64,000 bases of DNA from contig CAYPPJ010000001.1 of assembly GCA_964412585.1 (NCBI GenBank), forward strand, positions 149,334-213,333. Direction: 5' to 3'. The translations under genes and the position numbers were made by a program. Shown one piece after another: positions 20,019 through 28,587 of the stretch (position 1 is the stretch's first letter; each line of letters opens with the position of its first letter). The notes under the pieces are model-generated. The model was not told the DNA's origin. It saw only the letters and a program-made list of their open reading frames with translations, and ran no database searches. The DNA is from an uncultured Candidatus Saccharibacteria bacterium (GTDB taxonomy: Bacteria > Patescibacteriota > Minisyncoccia > Phycocordibacterales > PALSA-1337).

Positions 20019-21200
20019 ATGGCCCGAAACATTATTACCGGAATCGACGTCGGCACATACCATGTCAAAGTGGTTATTGCGAGCACCAAAGAAAAGACGG
20101 AGCGCGGCCAACCAAAGATCATTGGCGTGGGTATCGCCGAGTCTCGTGGTATTCGCCATGGATACGTAACCAATGTGCGCGATGTAGCTGACAGTATCCG
20201 CTCTGCAGTCAGGATTGCCGAGGAAAAATCTGGTCTCAAGATTAGGAAAGCCTTCGTGGGCGTCGGTGGTATCGGACTCAGCGCCACTGCAGTCAATAGT
20301 TCTATCATTACCTCACGAGCCGATGCAGAGATTACCGAGCTCGACATTGCCAAGCTGCGTGAACAGTGCGAAAAAGACATGCCTCAAAATGCCAAGGCCA
20401 ACCGTCGTATTATCTACGAAATACCCGTCCAGTATAAGATTGACAATTTTCCTTCGCTTGGTGCACCTATCGGCATGACCGCAAACAAGATCGAACTCAA
20501 AACTCTCTATATCACCTGTCTTGAACACCATGTCGCCGATCTTATTGCTGCTGTCAATGAAGCGGGTATAGAAGTTGAGGATATTATGGCAGCACCGATC
20601 GCGGCTGCTTTTGTCACGTTGACCAAAGCACAAAAAATAGCCGGGTGTGTACTCGCAAACATTGGAGCCGAGACGGTGTCTATTGTAGTATTTGAAAACA
20701 GCATCCCTGCTTCGCTTGAAGTATTCCCTATTGGATCTACTGATATTACCAATGATATTGCCCTTGGACTCAAAGTTCCTCTCGAAGAGGCAGAGCAGAT
20801 CAAGATTGGAGCCATCACCGGTTCATCATATCCTCGCAAAAAACTTGAGGAGATAGTGAGCGCTCGCTTATATGATATTTTTGAACTGATTGAAGCTCAT
20901 CTCAAAAAAATGGGTCGTAACGGACTTCTACCAGCAGGTATCATTATCACTGGTGGTGGATCAGCACTCAACTCCATCGATGATCTAGCCAAAGCCGCAC
21001 TCAAACTACCGTCACGCATTGGTTCTATAGGCCTTATCGATGGTAAGTCTTCATTCAAGGACAATCCACTTTCCGTTGCGTATGGTCTCTGTATTTGGGG
21101 TGCACACGCTGATGATAGTTCAGAGATAGATACTTCTGGTATTATCTTGAAAAATATATGGAAACGCATCCAGCGCACCATGAAGCAGTTTTTGCCATAA
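20019..21200 (+). CDS. ftsA: Cell division protein FtsA
   Basis: GIDVGTYHVKVVI, SRGIRHG, NIGAETV, GSTDITNDIA, GIIITGGGS. Confidence 0.93.
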   Translation: MARNIITGIDVGTYHVKVVIASTKEKTERGQPKIIGVGIAESRGIRHGYVTNVRDVADSIRSAVRIAEEKSGLKIRKAFVGVGGIGLSATAVNSSIITSRADAEITELDIAKLREQCEKDMPQNAKANRRIIYEIPVQYKIDNFPSLGAPIGMTANKIELKTLYITCLEHHVADLIAAVNEAGIEVEDIMAAPIAAAFVTLTKAQKIAGCVLANIGAETVSIVVFENSIPASLEVFPIGSTDITNDIALGLKVPLEEAEQIKIGAITGSSYPRKKLEEIVSARLYDIFELIEAHLKKMGRNGLLPAGIIITGGGSALNSIDDLAKAALKLPSRIGSIGLIDGKSSFKDNPLSVAYGLCIWGAHADDSSEIDTSGIILKNIWKRIQRTMKQFLP

Positions 21201-21232
21201 ATTTCTACCTTCATTACAATAGAAAATAATAC

Positions 21233-21262
21233 ACCCCGCAGCGGCGACGCTGCGGGGTTTTT
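21233..21262. terminator. Bidirectional terminator between ftsA and the inserted gene
   Basis: ACCCCGCAGCG-GCGA-CGCTGCGGGGTTTT. Confidence 0.8.
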
Positions 21263-21278
21263 GGATCATGAGATCCTG

Positions 21279-22661
21279 TTACTTCTTCAACGCCTCAATG
21301 AGGAGCTTCGCAGCGTCCACCATCTCAGGCAGATTCTGCAGCTGGCCTTTGAGACTGATTCCCACACGCCCGATGACCGCGTACAACTGCTCTTCGGTCA
21401 TGTGAGTTGCCTTGGCAAGTGCGGCAGCCTTCTGCGGCGTGAAGTCATCCATGTTGGAGATCACGAAGATGGTCATGTCGCGATAGGCATTGACGATCGT
21501 GCCCATCACAGCCAACGAGGGTTTTGCTTCGGCCCGTTCAGGCTTGGGAGGTTTTTCACCTTTTGGTGTACGAGGCTTGTAGGGCCCGCGACTGGCTTTG
21601 CGGGAACCACTTTTCTCCGACGCGGTGCCAGCTTCATCCTTTGATTCGCCTGGCTTTTCCCCTGGCACGAATTCGTCCGGAATGGCCTTCGCCACAGCAT
21701 CAACCATGCGACCAAACTCGTTTTTGCCAGTGGCGTAACGAGCTTCAGCGCGCTTGAACACCGTCATGGCGTTACTTGCACTGGGCATGCCCTTTCCGAC
21801 CGCAATGTCGGCCCAAGGAACATCGAATTTCCGTGCCACGAAGACCACAGCTTCCTTGACCCGCGAATTGATGTCGCCAGATCCACGGACGCCGGTTGCA
21901 AAAACATCCGGATCCGCCTTGAGTGACTCGCAGAATGCGAGAATGAGGAACTCGATCAACGACCGAGGTTTCTTGGTTGCCATAGAATCACCGTTTCTTT
22001 CTTGGGGTTGTGCTGGGGCACTGACTGCGCCCCCAGCGTTTGTTGTTGCTTCGACAGGTTGCCGCCTCACCACCGTTTCCTCTGCCTTCTTATCGTCGGC
22101 CGGGGCTTCAGGTTTTGTTGGAGGCTTTTGGGCCACCACAGGAGGACGTAGTGGATCCGAAGGCTCCGGAGGAGCAGGCGACTCCACGAGCCGTGATGGA
22201 GGTGCTAGCCTCGGTGGAGCGATAACGCTACTGCCACCATTGAGACGAGCCTGAGACTTGTCCACAGGAAGGCAACTAAAGTGCCATTTCATGGGATGAG
22301 TCTTGCTCCGACATTCGAAGTCGAGCATTCCGTCGTCATTGACAGACTCAGGTGCGATGAAGATATCACCGTCATCAACCATGTTCATGGGTTTGTCTTC
22401 TTCGCCCATAAACCGAAAATCCCGTATCTGCCCTTTGCGATGCTGACCGAGGACGAGGAGATAGAGGTCATCTCCACTAAACGAAGCCGCTGCCCCCGCC
22501 TTATCTGTGGGGAAAAAGCTGTGGCGAATGCCGGCTTTGTGTAAAAAGTGAGCTGCCTTTGAATCCCGGCCAAGCTCAGCACCGTCGGAGACAAGGCGAA
22601 CCGTGTCTACCACCAAAACAATCTGACTAAGCGGAACCAACTCTGTCTGTTGTGAGCTCAT
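21279..22661 (-). CDS. Hypothetical protein with a Pro-rich linker and a DnaA-domain-IV-like helical region
   Basis: 460-aa ORF with elevated GC, lying between ftsA and ftsZ; HTH-like segment VKEAVVFVARKFDVPWADIAVGKG...SNAMTVFKRAE. Confidence 0.65.
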   Translation of the reverse strand: MSSQQTELVPLSQIVLVVDTVRLVSDGAELGRDSKAAHFLHKAGIRHSFFPTDKAGAAASFSGDDLYLLVLGQHRKGQIRDFRFMGEEDKPMNMVDDGDIFIAPESVNDDGMLDFECRSKTHPMKWHFSCLPVDKSQARLNGGSSVIAPPRLAPPSRLVESPAPPEPSDPLRPPVVAQKPPTKPEAPADDKKAEETVVRRQPVEATTNAGGAVSAPAQPQERNGDSMATKKPRSLIEFLILAFCESLKADPDVFATGVRGSGDINSRVKEAVVFVARKFDVPWADIAVGKGMPSASNAMTVFKRAEARYATGKNEFGRMVDAVAKAIPDEFVPGEKPGESKDEAGTASEKSGSRKASRGPYKPRTPKGEKPPKPERAEAKPSLAVMGTIVNAYRDMTIFVISNMDDFTPQKAAALAKATHMTEEQLYAVIGRVGISLKGQLQNLPEMVDAAKLLIEALKK

Positions 22662-22812
22662 GGCTTGGGCCTTTCATTTTCATGGAGCCCCGAAATTGAG
22701 GATCCGATACGTCTGCGCAAAAACTACCACGCTCAACAACGGCTGGCAATAGTGTCAATAAATTTACAAAAAATATATCTGTGTCCTAATAACATATTCT
22801 TCCCCAGCCTCC

Positions 22813-22840
22813 TTGCACCCTTTTCATAACTTGATATGAT
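22813..22840 (+). promoter_or_regulatory. ftsZ promoter
   Basis: TTGCAC-N16-TATGAT with extended TG. Confidence 0.5.
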
Positions 22841-22967
22841 AGAGAACGTAATATCTATCACGACGTCACAGACGACCTCGGAGTTTGCACCCTGAATACC
22901 ACTGTCCGTAAGCAATCATCCGTCGGTCGCTTTTCTTTTCCCCTGATAATCAATTTAATTACCCATC

Positions 22968-24170
22968 ATGCCCAACATTACTCCCGATATCGAAGCATTT
23001 GCACGCATCAAAGTACTTGGCGTTGGTGGTTCTGGTGGCAATGCAGTCAACCACATGATCTCCTCGAAAGTTCGCGGCGTTGATTTTATTGCGATCAATA
23101 CCGACTCACAGGATCTCCATCGCTCTCTCGCAAAGAAACGCGTTCATATTGGAAAAAATATCACCCGCGGACTCGGTACTGGCATGAATCCAGACCTTGG
23201 ACGACGTGCCGTCGAAGAGACTCGCGACGAGATCCAAGAAGTTGTTAAAGGCGCCGACATGGTGTTCGTAACCTGCGGACTCGGAGGCGGTACAGGCAGC
23301 GGCGCAAGCCCTATGGTCGCACGTGTTGCCAAGGAGCTCGGCTGTCTCACGGTCGGCGTTGTCACCAAGCCATTCTTCTTCGAAGGTCGCCAGCGTTCGC
23401 GCATTGCAGAAGCCGCTCTTGAGGATCTTCGCAAAGAAGTAGACGCCATCATTGTTATTCCGAACGATCGACTGCTTTCAGCTATCAGCAAGGAAACCAG
23501 CGTCAAAAATGCGTTTGCTATGTGTGATGAGATTTTGCGCCAAGCAGTCGAAGGCATCTCTGACCTCATTACCACACCAGGTCTCATCAACATCGACTTT
23601 GCCGACATTCGTACTGTTATGGAAAATGCCGGCTCTGCCCTCATGGGTATCGGTAATGCTTCAGGGGAAAACCGCGCTATCGAAGCAGCAAAGGCAGCCA
23701 TTAACTCACCACTTCTCGATGTGTCTATTACAGGCTCAAAGGGCGTCCTCTTCTCTATTGCTGGTGGTGAAGATCTCACTATGTTCGAAATCCAAGATGC
23801 CGCAAAGGTTATTACCGAGTCTATTGACCCTGAGGCCAAAATCATCTTCGGTACTGTCCGCGATGACAAGCTCAAGAAAAATGAAATCAAGATCACTGTT
23901 ATTGCGACTGGTTTTCCTGAGAGCAACACCGCTTCACCACGCACATCTTCACCTGTTTCGGCTGAGCCAACGATCGCTTCGATCATGAAGAGTGCCGCCG
24001 AAAAGGGTGACCGCGGCGAACGACCAGAACGAGGCAAGATTTTCAATACCATGTCTGACGTCAAACGAGACGCGGTTCCAGAAAAAAAGGTTGAAAAAGA
24101 AGAGAAGAAAGATGACGATGATGATTGGGGTGCGATACCGGCGTTTCTCCGAAGAAGTAAGCTTAAATAG
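22968..24170 (+). CDS. ftsZ: Cell division protein FtsZ
   Basis: GVGGSGGNAV, GLGGGTGSG, INIDFAD, C-terminal IPAFLRR. Confidence 0.98.
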   Translation: MPNITPDIEAFARIKVLGVGGSGGNAVNHMISSKVRGVDFIAINTDSQDLHRSLAKKRVHIGKNITRGLGTGMNPDLGRRAVEETRDEIQEVVKGADMVFVTCGLGGGTGSGASPMVARVAKELGCLTVGVVTKPFFFEGRQRSRIAEAALEDLRKEVDAIIVIPNDRLLSAISKETSVKNAFAMCDEILRQAVEGISDLITTPGLINIDFADIRTVMENAGSALMGIGNASGENRAIEAAKAAINSPLLDVSITGSKGVLFSIAGGEDLTMFEIQDAAKVITESIDPEAKIIFGTVRDDKLKKNEIKITVIATGFPESNTASPRTSSPVSAEPTIASIMKSAAEKGDRGERPERGKIFNTMSDVKRDAVPEKKVEKEEKKDDDDDWGAIPAFLRRSKLK

Positions 24171-24173
24171 AAG

Positions 24174-24200
24174 AAAATCTCCCCGCGCGGGAGATTTTTT
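24174..24200 (+). terminator. ftsZ terminator
   Basis: AAAATCTCCC-CGCGC-GGGAGATTTTTT. Confidence 0.8.
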
Positions 24201-24227
24201 GTATAAATATGCTACAATAACCCGACT

Positions 24228-25148
24228 ATGACCTACGACCTCGCAATCATCGGTGGTGGACCAGCTGGAGCAGCTGCGGCTGTCTATGCGGCCCGAAAGC
24301 GATTACGCTCAGTTTTCATCACCAAGGACTGGCTTGGTCAGAGTAATGTATCGGAAAAAATTGAGAACTGGGTGGGCACTATTGCTATTTCTGGCCTCGA
24401 CCTTTCGGAGAGTCTAAAAAAACACGCCAAGGCTTACGCAGATGGCGTCATTGATTTCAAAGAGAATGAACTGGCCACACTCATTACCAAAAATGACAAA
24501 TTTTTCACTATTACTACAACCAAAGGAAGTTACGAGGCGAAAACTGTCCTCATCGTTTCTGGAAGCAGTCGCCGAAAATTAACTGTTCCCGGTGCAGATA
24601 CCTACGAACATAAGGGGCTCACCTACTGTGCTTCATGCGATGGACCTCTGTATGCAGACCAAGACGTTGTTGTCGTCGGTGGAGGTAATGCAGGTTTTGA
24701 GAGCGCTGCCCAACTTCTTGCTTATTGTAAGAGTGTCACTCTCCTCTCTCGTAGCGAGTTCAAAGCTGATCCAGGCACAGTCGAGAAAGTCCTTAAGAAC
24801 CCAAAAATGAAAGCTATCGAGTACGCTTCACCAAAAGAGATCAAAGGTGGTCAATTTGTTACTTCCCTTTTATATACCGAAACAAAATCAGGAAAAGACA
24901 CCGAAATTCCTGTTACCGGCATCTTCGCAGAAGTTGGATCGGTGCCAAATACGAGTTTTGTAAAAGACCTCATCAAACTCGACAAGATTAATCGTGTCGT
25001 TACTGACCCAAAGAATCAGCGTACATCAGTCGAAGGTATCTGGGCCGCTGGAGATTGTACTGACGGACTCTATCAGCAGAATAATATTGCCGCAGGTGAT
25101 GCTGTGAAAGCGGTCGAGGATATTTATTTGTTTGTGCACGCGAAATAA
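24228..25148 (+). CDS. Thioredoxin reductase / AhpF-like FAD-dependent disulfide oxidoreductase
   Basis: IIGGGPAG, YCASCDG, VVGGGNAG, TSVEGIWAAGD. Confidence 0.92.
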   Translation: MTYDLAIIGGGPAGAAAAVYAARKRLRSVFITKDWLGQSNVSEKIENWVGTIAISGLDLSESLKKHAKAYADGVIDFKENELATLITKNDKFFTITTTKGSYEAKTVLIVSGSSRRKLTVPGADTYEHKGLTYCASCDGPLYADQDVVVVGGGNAGFESAAQLLAYCKSVTLLSRSEFKADPGTVEKVLKNPKMKAIEYASPKEIKGGQFVTSLLYTETKSGKDTEIPVTGIFAEVGSVPNTSFVKDLIKLDKINRVVTDPKNQRTSVEGIWAAGDCTDGLYQQNNIAAGDAVKAVEDIYLFVHAK

Positions 25149-25150
25149 GG

Positions 25151-25178
25151 TTGACACGGAATAACTTTTTGTTATAAT
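25151..25178 (+). promoter_or_regulatory. Consensus sigma70 promoter with no downstream ORF
   Basis: TTGACA-N16-TATAAT with extended TG. Confidence 0.75.
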
Positions 25179-25183
25179 TCAAA

Positions 25184-25310
25184 TACAAATCGCCCGTTCG
25201 TGGGCAGCGCCATTCGAAAGAAAGGAGAAAAGTACCTTCGGGCCCACTCCGTGAAAACGGAGGCACAGAGACAGAAAATCCGTCAAAGTAAATCTTTGGC
25301 GGATTTTCTC
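25184..25310 (+). ncRNA. Candidate structured ncRNA convergent with the PemK/MazF gene
   Basis: Promoter, then four tetraloop hairpins (UUCG, GAAA, UUCG, GAAA) and a terminal 16-bp hairpin at 25273-25309. Confidence 0.55.
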
Positions 25311-25675
25311 ACTAGCTCAAACAGACTCGTCTCTAAGTAGCATATTCTTTTAGTTAGTCTTTTCGTATCAATAACTTTCAATTGAGTAATAACCGCTGTC
25401 GCTGTTTTTCCGTTTACTATTCCTATTTGGATACGAAAATGGTGCCTGAGCTGAGAGGAAGTCAGGGGCACGACGAGACACGTCGTAGCACTTAATCCTT
25501 TTAGAATTAGAACTGGCCGTCTATATTCACTACTTTTACCGTCATACTCGTCACCAAGATTAACACCAAGAGTACACCACCAAATCTCCCTCTCGTGATA
25601 ATATCCATGAGTTTTACTGTCGTAATGAAGCCGCTTTTTTTGTGTATCCCACCCATCAAAATCTTTTACTATCAT
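25283..25675 (-). CDS. PemK/MazF-family endoribonuclease toxin (orphan)
   Basis: EREIWWCTLGVNLGDEYDGK...RRPVLIL...LVVPLTS...QLKVIDTKRL. Confidence 0.88.
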   Translation of the reverse strand: MIVKDFDGWDTQKKRLHYDSKTHGYYHEREIWWCTLGVNLGDEYDGKSSEYRRPVLILKGLSATTCLVVPLTSSQLRHHFRIQIGIVNGKTATAVITQLKVIDTKRLTKRICYLETSLFELVRKSAKDLL

Positions 25676-26226
25676 AGAGATTTTGATGTCTTGTAATCAG
25701 GCCCCACGCACGCACCCCACAATCCTTTTTTGTTCTTTTTTGCCTCTTTCTCAATTTCTCTAAACTCTCGCTGATGCTGATATGGTGTACCAAACGTATA
25801 TTCGCGCGCATATCCTTCCTTGAGTAGTTGCTCATTCACAAACACATCTCCTAGAAATACATACGCCAAATAGCGCCCGTATTTATCCTTTTCCTCTCTA
25901 TCTGGATTTAGTTTCAGTCTGACTGATTGTTCAGTGAGTAAATGCTTGGTTTCATCTGATGCTGCTTTACCATAACACTGGATCGGTTTGCGGGGATCGA
26001 CGGTCTCAGGCGTATCTATGCCGAGCATGCGAACCGTTTCAACATGACGTCCAATTTTGACATTGAATGTATCACCATCTTTGACCTCTGTGACCTGATA
26101 AAGTTCATTCTCATCTATAGACGGACCAGTAAACGCGCGAACAATTACATACCCAGTAAACACACACGTGCACACAATAAGCACGGTAACGACGACGAGA
26201 AACGTCGTGATTTTCTTGTATTCCAT
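25672..26226 (-). CDS. Thermonuclease (SNase) family protein, membrane anchored
   Basis: VKDGDT, VRMLGIDTPE, DKYGRYLAYV, NEQLLKEGYA, AKKNKKGLW; start moved to ATG 26226 because the longer ORF runs through tRNA-Glu. Confidence 0.92.
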   Translation of the reverse strand: MEYKKITTFLVVVTVLIVCTCVFTGYVIVRAFTGPSIDENELYQVTEVKDGDTFNVKIGRHVETVRMLGIDTPETVDPRKPIQCYGKAASDETKHLLTEQSVRLKLNPDREEKDKYGRYLAYVFLGDVFVNEQLLKEGYAREYTFGTPYQHQREFREIEKEAKKNKKGLWGACVGPDYKTSKSL

Positions 26227-26261
26227 TTTTCGTAATGATGACGTTGCAGGCGTCTTCCCAG

Positions 26262-26333
26262 TAGCCCTACGGGGAATCGAACCCCGATTACCGCCTTGAA
26301 AAGGCGATGTCCTAACCGTTAGACGATAGGGCC
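26262..26333 (-). tRNA. tRNA-Glu(TTC)
   Basis: GGCCCTATCGTCTAACGGTTAGGAC, arm TCGCC-TTTTCAA-GGCGG, GGTTCGATTCC. Confidence 0.95.
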
Positions 26334-26415
26334 AAACGTGTGTCAGTATCCTACCATTTTTTGAAAAAATGGCAAAAAATGCTAAGGTATAGCGGTTCAT
26401 CACCGCAACTACCTT

Positions 26416-26502
26416 GGAGAGGTGGCAGAGTGGTCGAATGCACCGCTTTCGAAAAGCGGCAGGGGCGCAAGCTCCTCGGGAGTTCGAATCTCCCCCTCTC
26501 CG
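26416..26502 (+). tRNA. tRNA-Ser(CGA)
   Basis: GGAGAGGTGGCAGAGTGGTCGAATGC, arm CCGCT-TTCGAAA-AGCGG, long variable arm, GTTCGAATC. Confidence 0.95.
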
Positions 26503-26617
26503 CTTTTATTATTGACTTTACCAATACACACGACTAGACTTCACGGTGGTTGTGCTTAGGAATCCGTTCCGAACACAAATAACTGCCCTTAACAAAGTAA
26601 ACGAAAGTGAGCTGAAA

Positions 26618-27406
26618 ATGGATACGTCCAGCAGCATCGTTGCAACAAACAGAAGAATCACACCGAGAGAATACCTCCTTGACCGATCAACAATCACCAC
26701 TACCGAGGTTCCTGCGAGTGAATGGGTCAGTATCATCAGGGGAATTCTCGAGAAGTGCAAACCTCAACTGAAGTACTTTGATGGCTTCAAGCCAATCAAG
26801 GATCTGTTCCCTGCGTTCCACACCTCGATTGTGTTGTGGCATCAGCAAACTATGCGCTTTATGTTTCCTGAGCACATGGACCGGATGGACTGGGATACTA
26901 AGATTTGCCACTTGAGTATTTCTGGAGACTGCACATTCTCGGGTTGGGTAAACGAATTCCCCCTACCAAGCGGGGCCATCGTCAACGGACAAAACGATCT
27001 GTGGCGATTGGGGCTCACGGGTGGACAAGTTTTTGTGAGACAAAGTCTGTATATGTCAAACAAGGGTGACCTCCTTGTAGCATCCTTTTTTCACTACGCT
27101 GCAGGCGATGAGGACAGCCTCGTAGACCTGTCAGTAGCCAGCGACAAGGTGCTCCAAGAAATGATTCTCCGATCCCATGGCACCATTATAGACATACTCA
27201 CCTCTCTCAGGAAGATGTTGTCTGAGGGTAATGAGCGTCGTGCCCGCCAGCTAGCGGACCATCGGACTTTGCTTGATTACCTTGAGAATGTCAGCACCCA
27301 CATCAATGTCCTTGTTCATTGTCAGAGGTGTGGTGGCTCAAAAGAACGCTGGCGTGATTGCCCTCACTGTGAAATACAAGGCACATTTTCGTTTATGAAA
27401 AAGTGA
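26618..27406 (+). CDS. Hypothetical protein with C-terminal CxxC-x8-CxxC
   Basis: Long ORF after tRNA-Ser; promoter TTGACT-N17-TAGACT (26512-26540); HCQRC...DCPHC; start placed at ATG 26618. Confidence 0.65.
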   Translation: MDTSSSIVATNRRITPREYLLDRSTITTTEVPASEWVSIIRGILEKCKPQLKYFDGFKPIKDLFPAFHTSIVLWHQQTMRFMFPEHMDRMDWDTKICHLSISGDCTFSGWVNEFPLPSGAIVNGQNDLWRLGLTGGQVFVRQSLYMSNKGDLLVASFFHYAAGDEDSLVDLSVASDKVLQEMILRSHGTIIDILTSLRKMLSEGNERRARQLADHRTLLDYLENVSTHINVLVHCQRCGGSKERWRDCPHCEIQGTFSFMKK

Positions 27407-27418
27407 CTCCAGTCCTCG

Positions 27419-27447
27419 CGGCAAGGCTTCGGCCTTGCCGTTTTTAT
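27419..27447 (+). terminator. Intrinsic terminator
   Basis: GGCAAGGC-TTCG-GCCTTGCC followed by GTTTTT. Confidence 0.8.
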
Positions 27448-27489
27448 TTCCCCACTTCCCTTCACAGATAAAAAGAGTATTATAGAAAT

Positions 27490-28542
27490 ATGAAAAAAAT
27501 AATTGCTGTCAGTATCATTGTAATACTCATTATTGTTGTACTCGTTTTTCGTAGTAAAGAAATCCCCAATGACACCATCGCCACAAATACCATAGGGGCC
27601 ATCATGCCTCTTTCAGGACCTGCAGGTAGCCTCGGTGAAGGTCTGAAACGTGCTCTCGATATGGCAGTTCTCAAAAACACAAAGCTTGTGTATGCAGATG
27701 ACGAATGTAATACCGCCAAAGCTATTAGTGCGTACAATAGTCTCAAAGCACAGCAAGTCAAAATCTACTTTGTCGCCTGCAGCGGCAGCGTCATGGCTTT
27801 AGCGCCTCTTGCAAAAGCTGACAATAATCTGGTCATTACCGGCTACGCAGGGTCATCAGAAATTCGTACAACAGGTGATGAAGTTATCCGTTTTGATCCG
27901 GACGCAGTTTCTATTGTAAACGCACTCGTCAAAGAGCTGACAGCACCAGAATGGACAACCAAGAAATTTGCCATTCTTCACGAAAAACAAGACTACGCGC
28001 AGTCAGCTGTCGATGCGCTCAAAAGCAGATTTGGCGATCAGATCGTCATGACAGAATCATATCAGGCGGCTGACATCTCAATGAAAACTCAGATTACCAA
28101 GATTAAAGGCAGCGGTGCTGAGGCAATTATATTTGTACCGGTAAGTGACAAGGCGTCAGATATTGTTCTCAAAGAAATGAGGGATCTTGGTATTTCGATT
28201 CCTGTTGTAGGAGAAGTAAATCTTTGCGGCTTTACCGCACAACCATCAAACTTTGGACTCCATGGCTTTTGTCTCAATCAAAAAATCGATACCGAAGGTG
28301 CGCGAACTTTTGAAGCTGATTACCTAAAAACATACGGTATCGCTAGCCAATATCCCGTCAATGACAGTGTCTCATATGATTCAGTACAGATAACGGATAA
28401 CCTCATCGGTCAAGGCATACAGACTATTTCTGGGCTTAAAAAGGCTCTTCTCAAGGGAGTCCAGGGCAATATCATGGACTACGAGTTCGAACCAAATGGC
28501 GAGGTATTGGACAGAGGATATTTCGTCAAGGAAACATACTAA
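27490..28542 (+). CDS. Branched-chain amino acid (LivJ-like) substrate-binding protein
   Basis: TM anchor; IGAIMPLSGPAGSLG, DDECNTAKA, DISMKTQITKIK. Confidence 0.85.
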   Translation: MKKIIAVSIIVILIIVVLVFRSKEIPNDTIATNTIGAIMPLSGPAGSLGEGLKRALDMAVLKNTKLVYADDECNTAKAISAYNSLKAQQVKIYFVACSGSVMALAPLAKADNNLVITGYAGSSEIRTTGDEVIRFDPDAVSIVNALVKELTAPEWTTKKFAILHEKQDYAQSAVDALKSRFGDQIVMTESYQAADISMKTQITKIKGSGAEAIIFVPVSDKASDIVLKEMRDLGISIPVVGEVNLCGFTAQPSNFGLHGFCLNQKIDTEGARTFEADYLKTYGIASQYPVNDSVSYDSVQITDNLIGQGIQTISGLKKALLKGVQGNIMDYEFEPNGEVLDRGYFVKETY

Positions 28543-28587
28543 AAAGTGAAGTTTGTTTTACAGCCACAAAGGTGAAATAATGAATCC

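Noticed and set aside
23144-24064. 306-aa antisense ORF
   Set aside because: A shadow of ftsZ produced by codon bias, with no recognisable motifs. The same applies to the many short overlapping ORFs in the track.
26227-26403. N-terminal extension of the thermonuclease ORF
   Set aside because: It reads through tRNA-Glu; the real start is most likely ATG 26226. The extension of the glycosyltransferase ORF into tRNA-Thr is a similar artefact.
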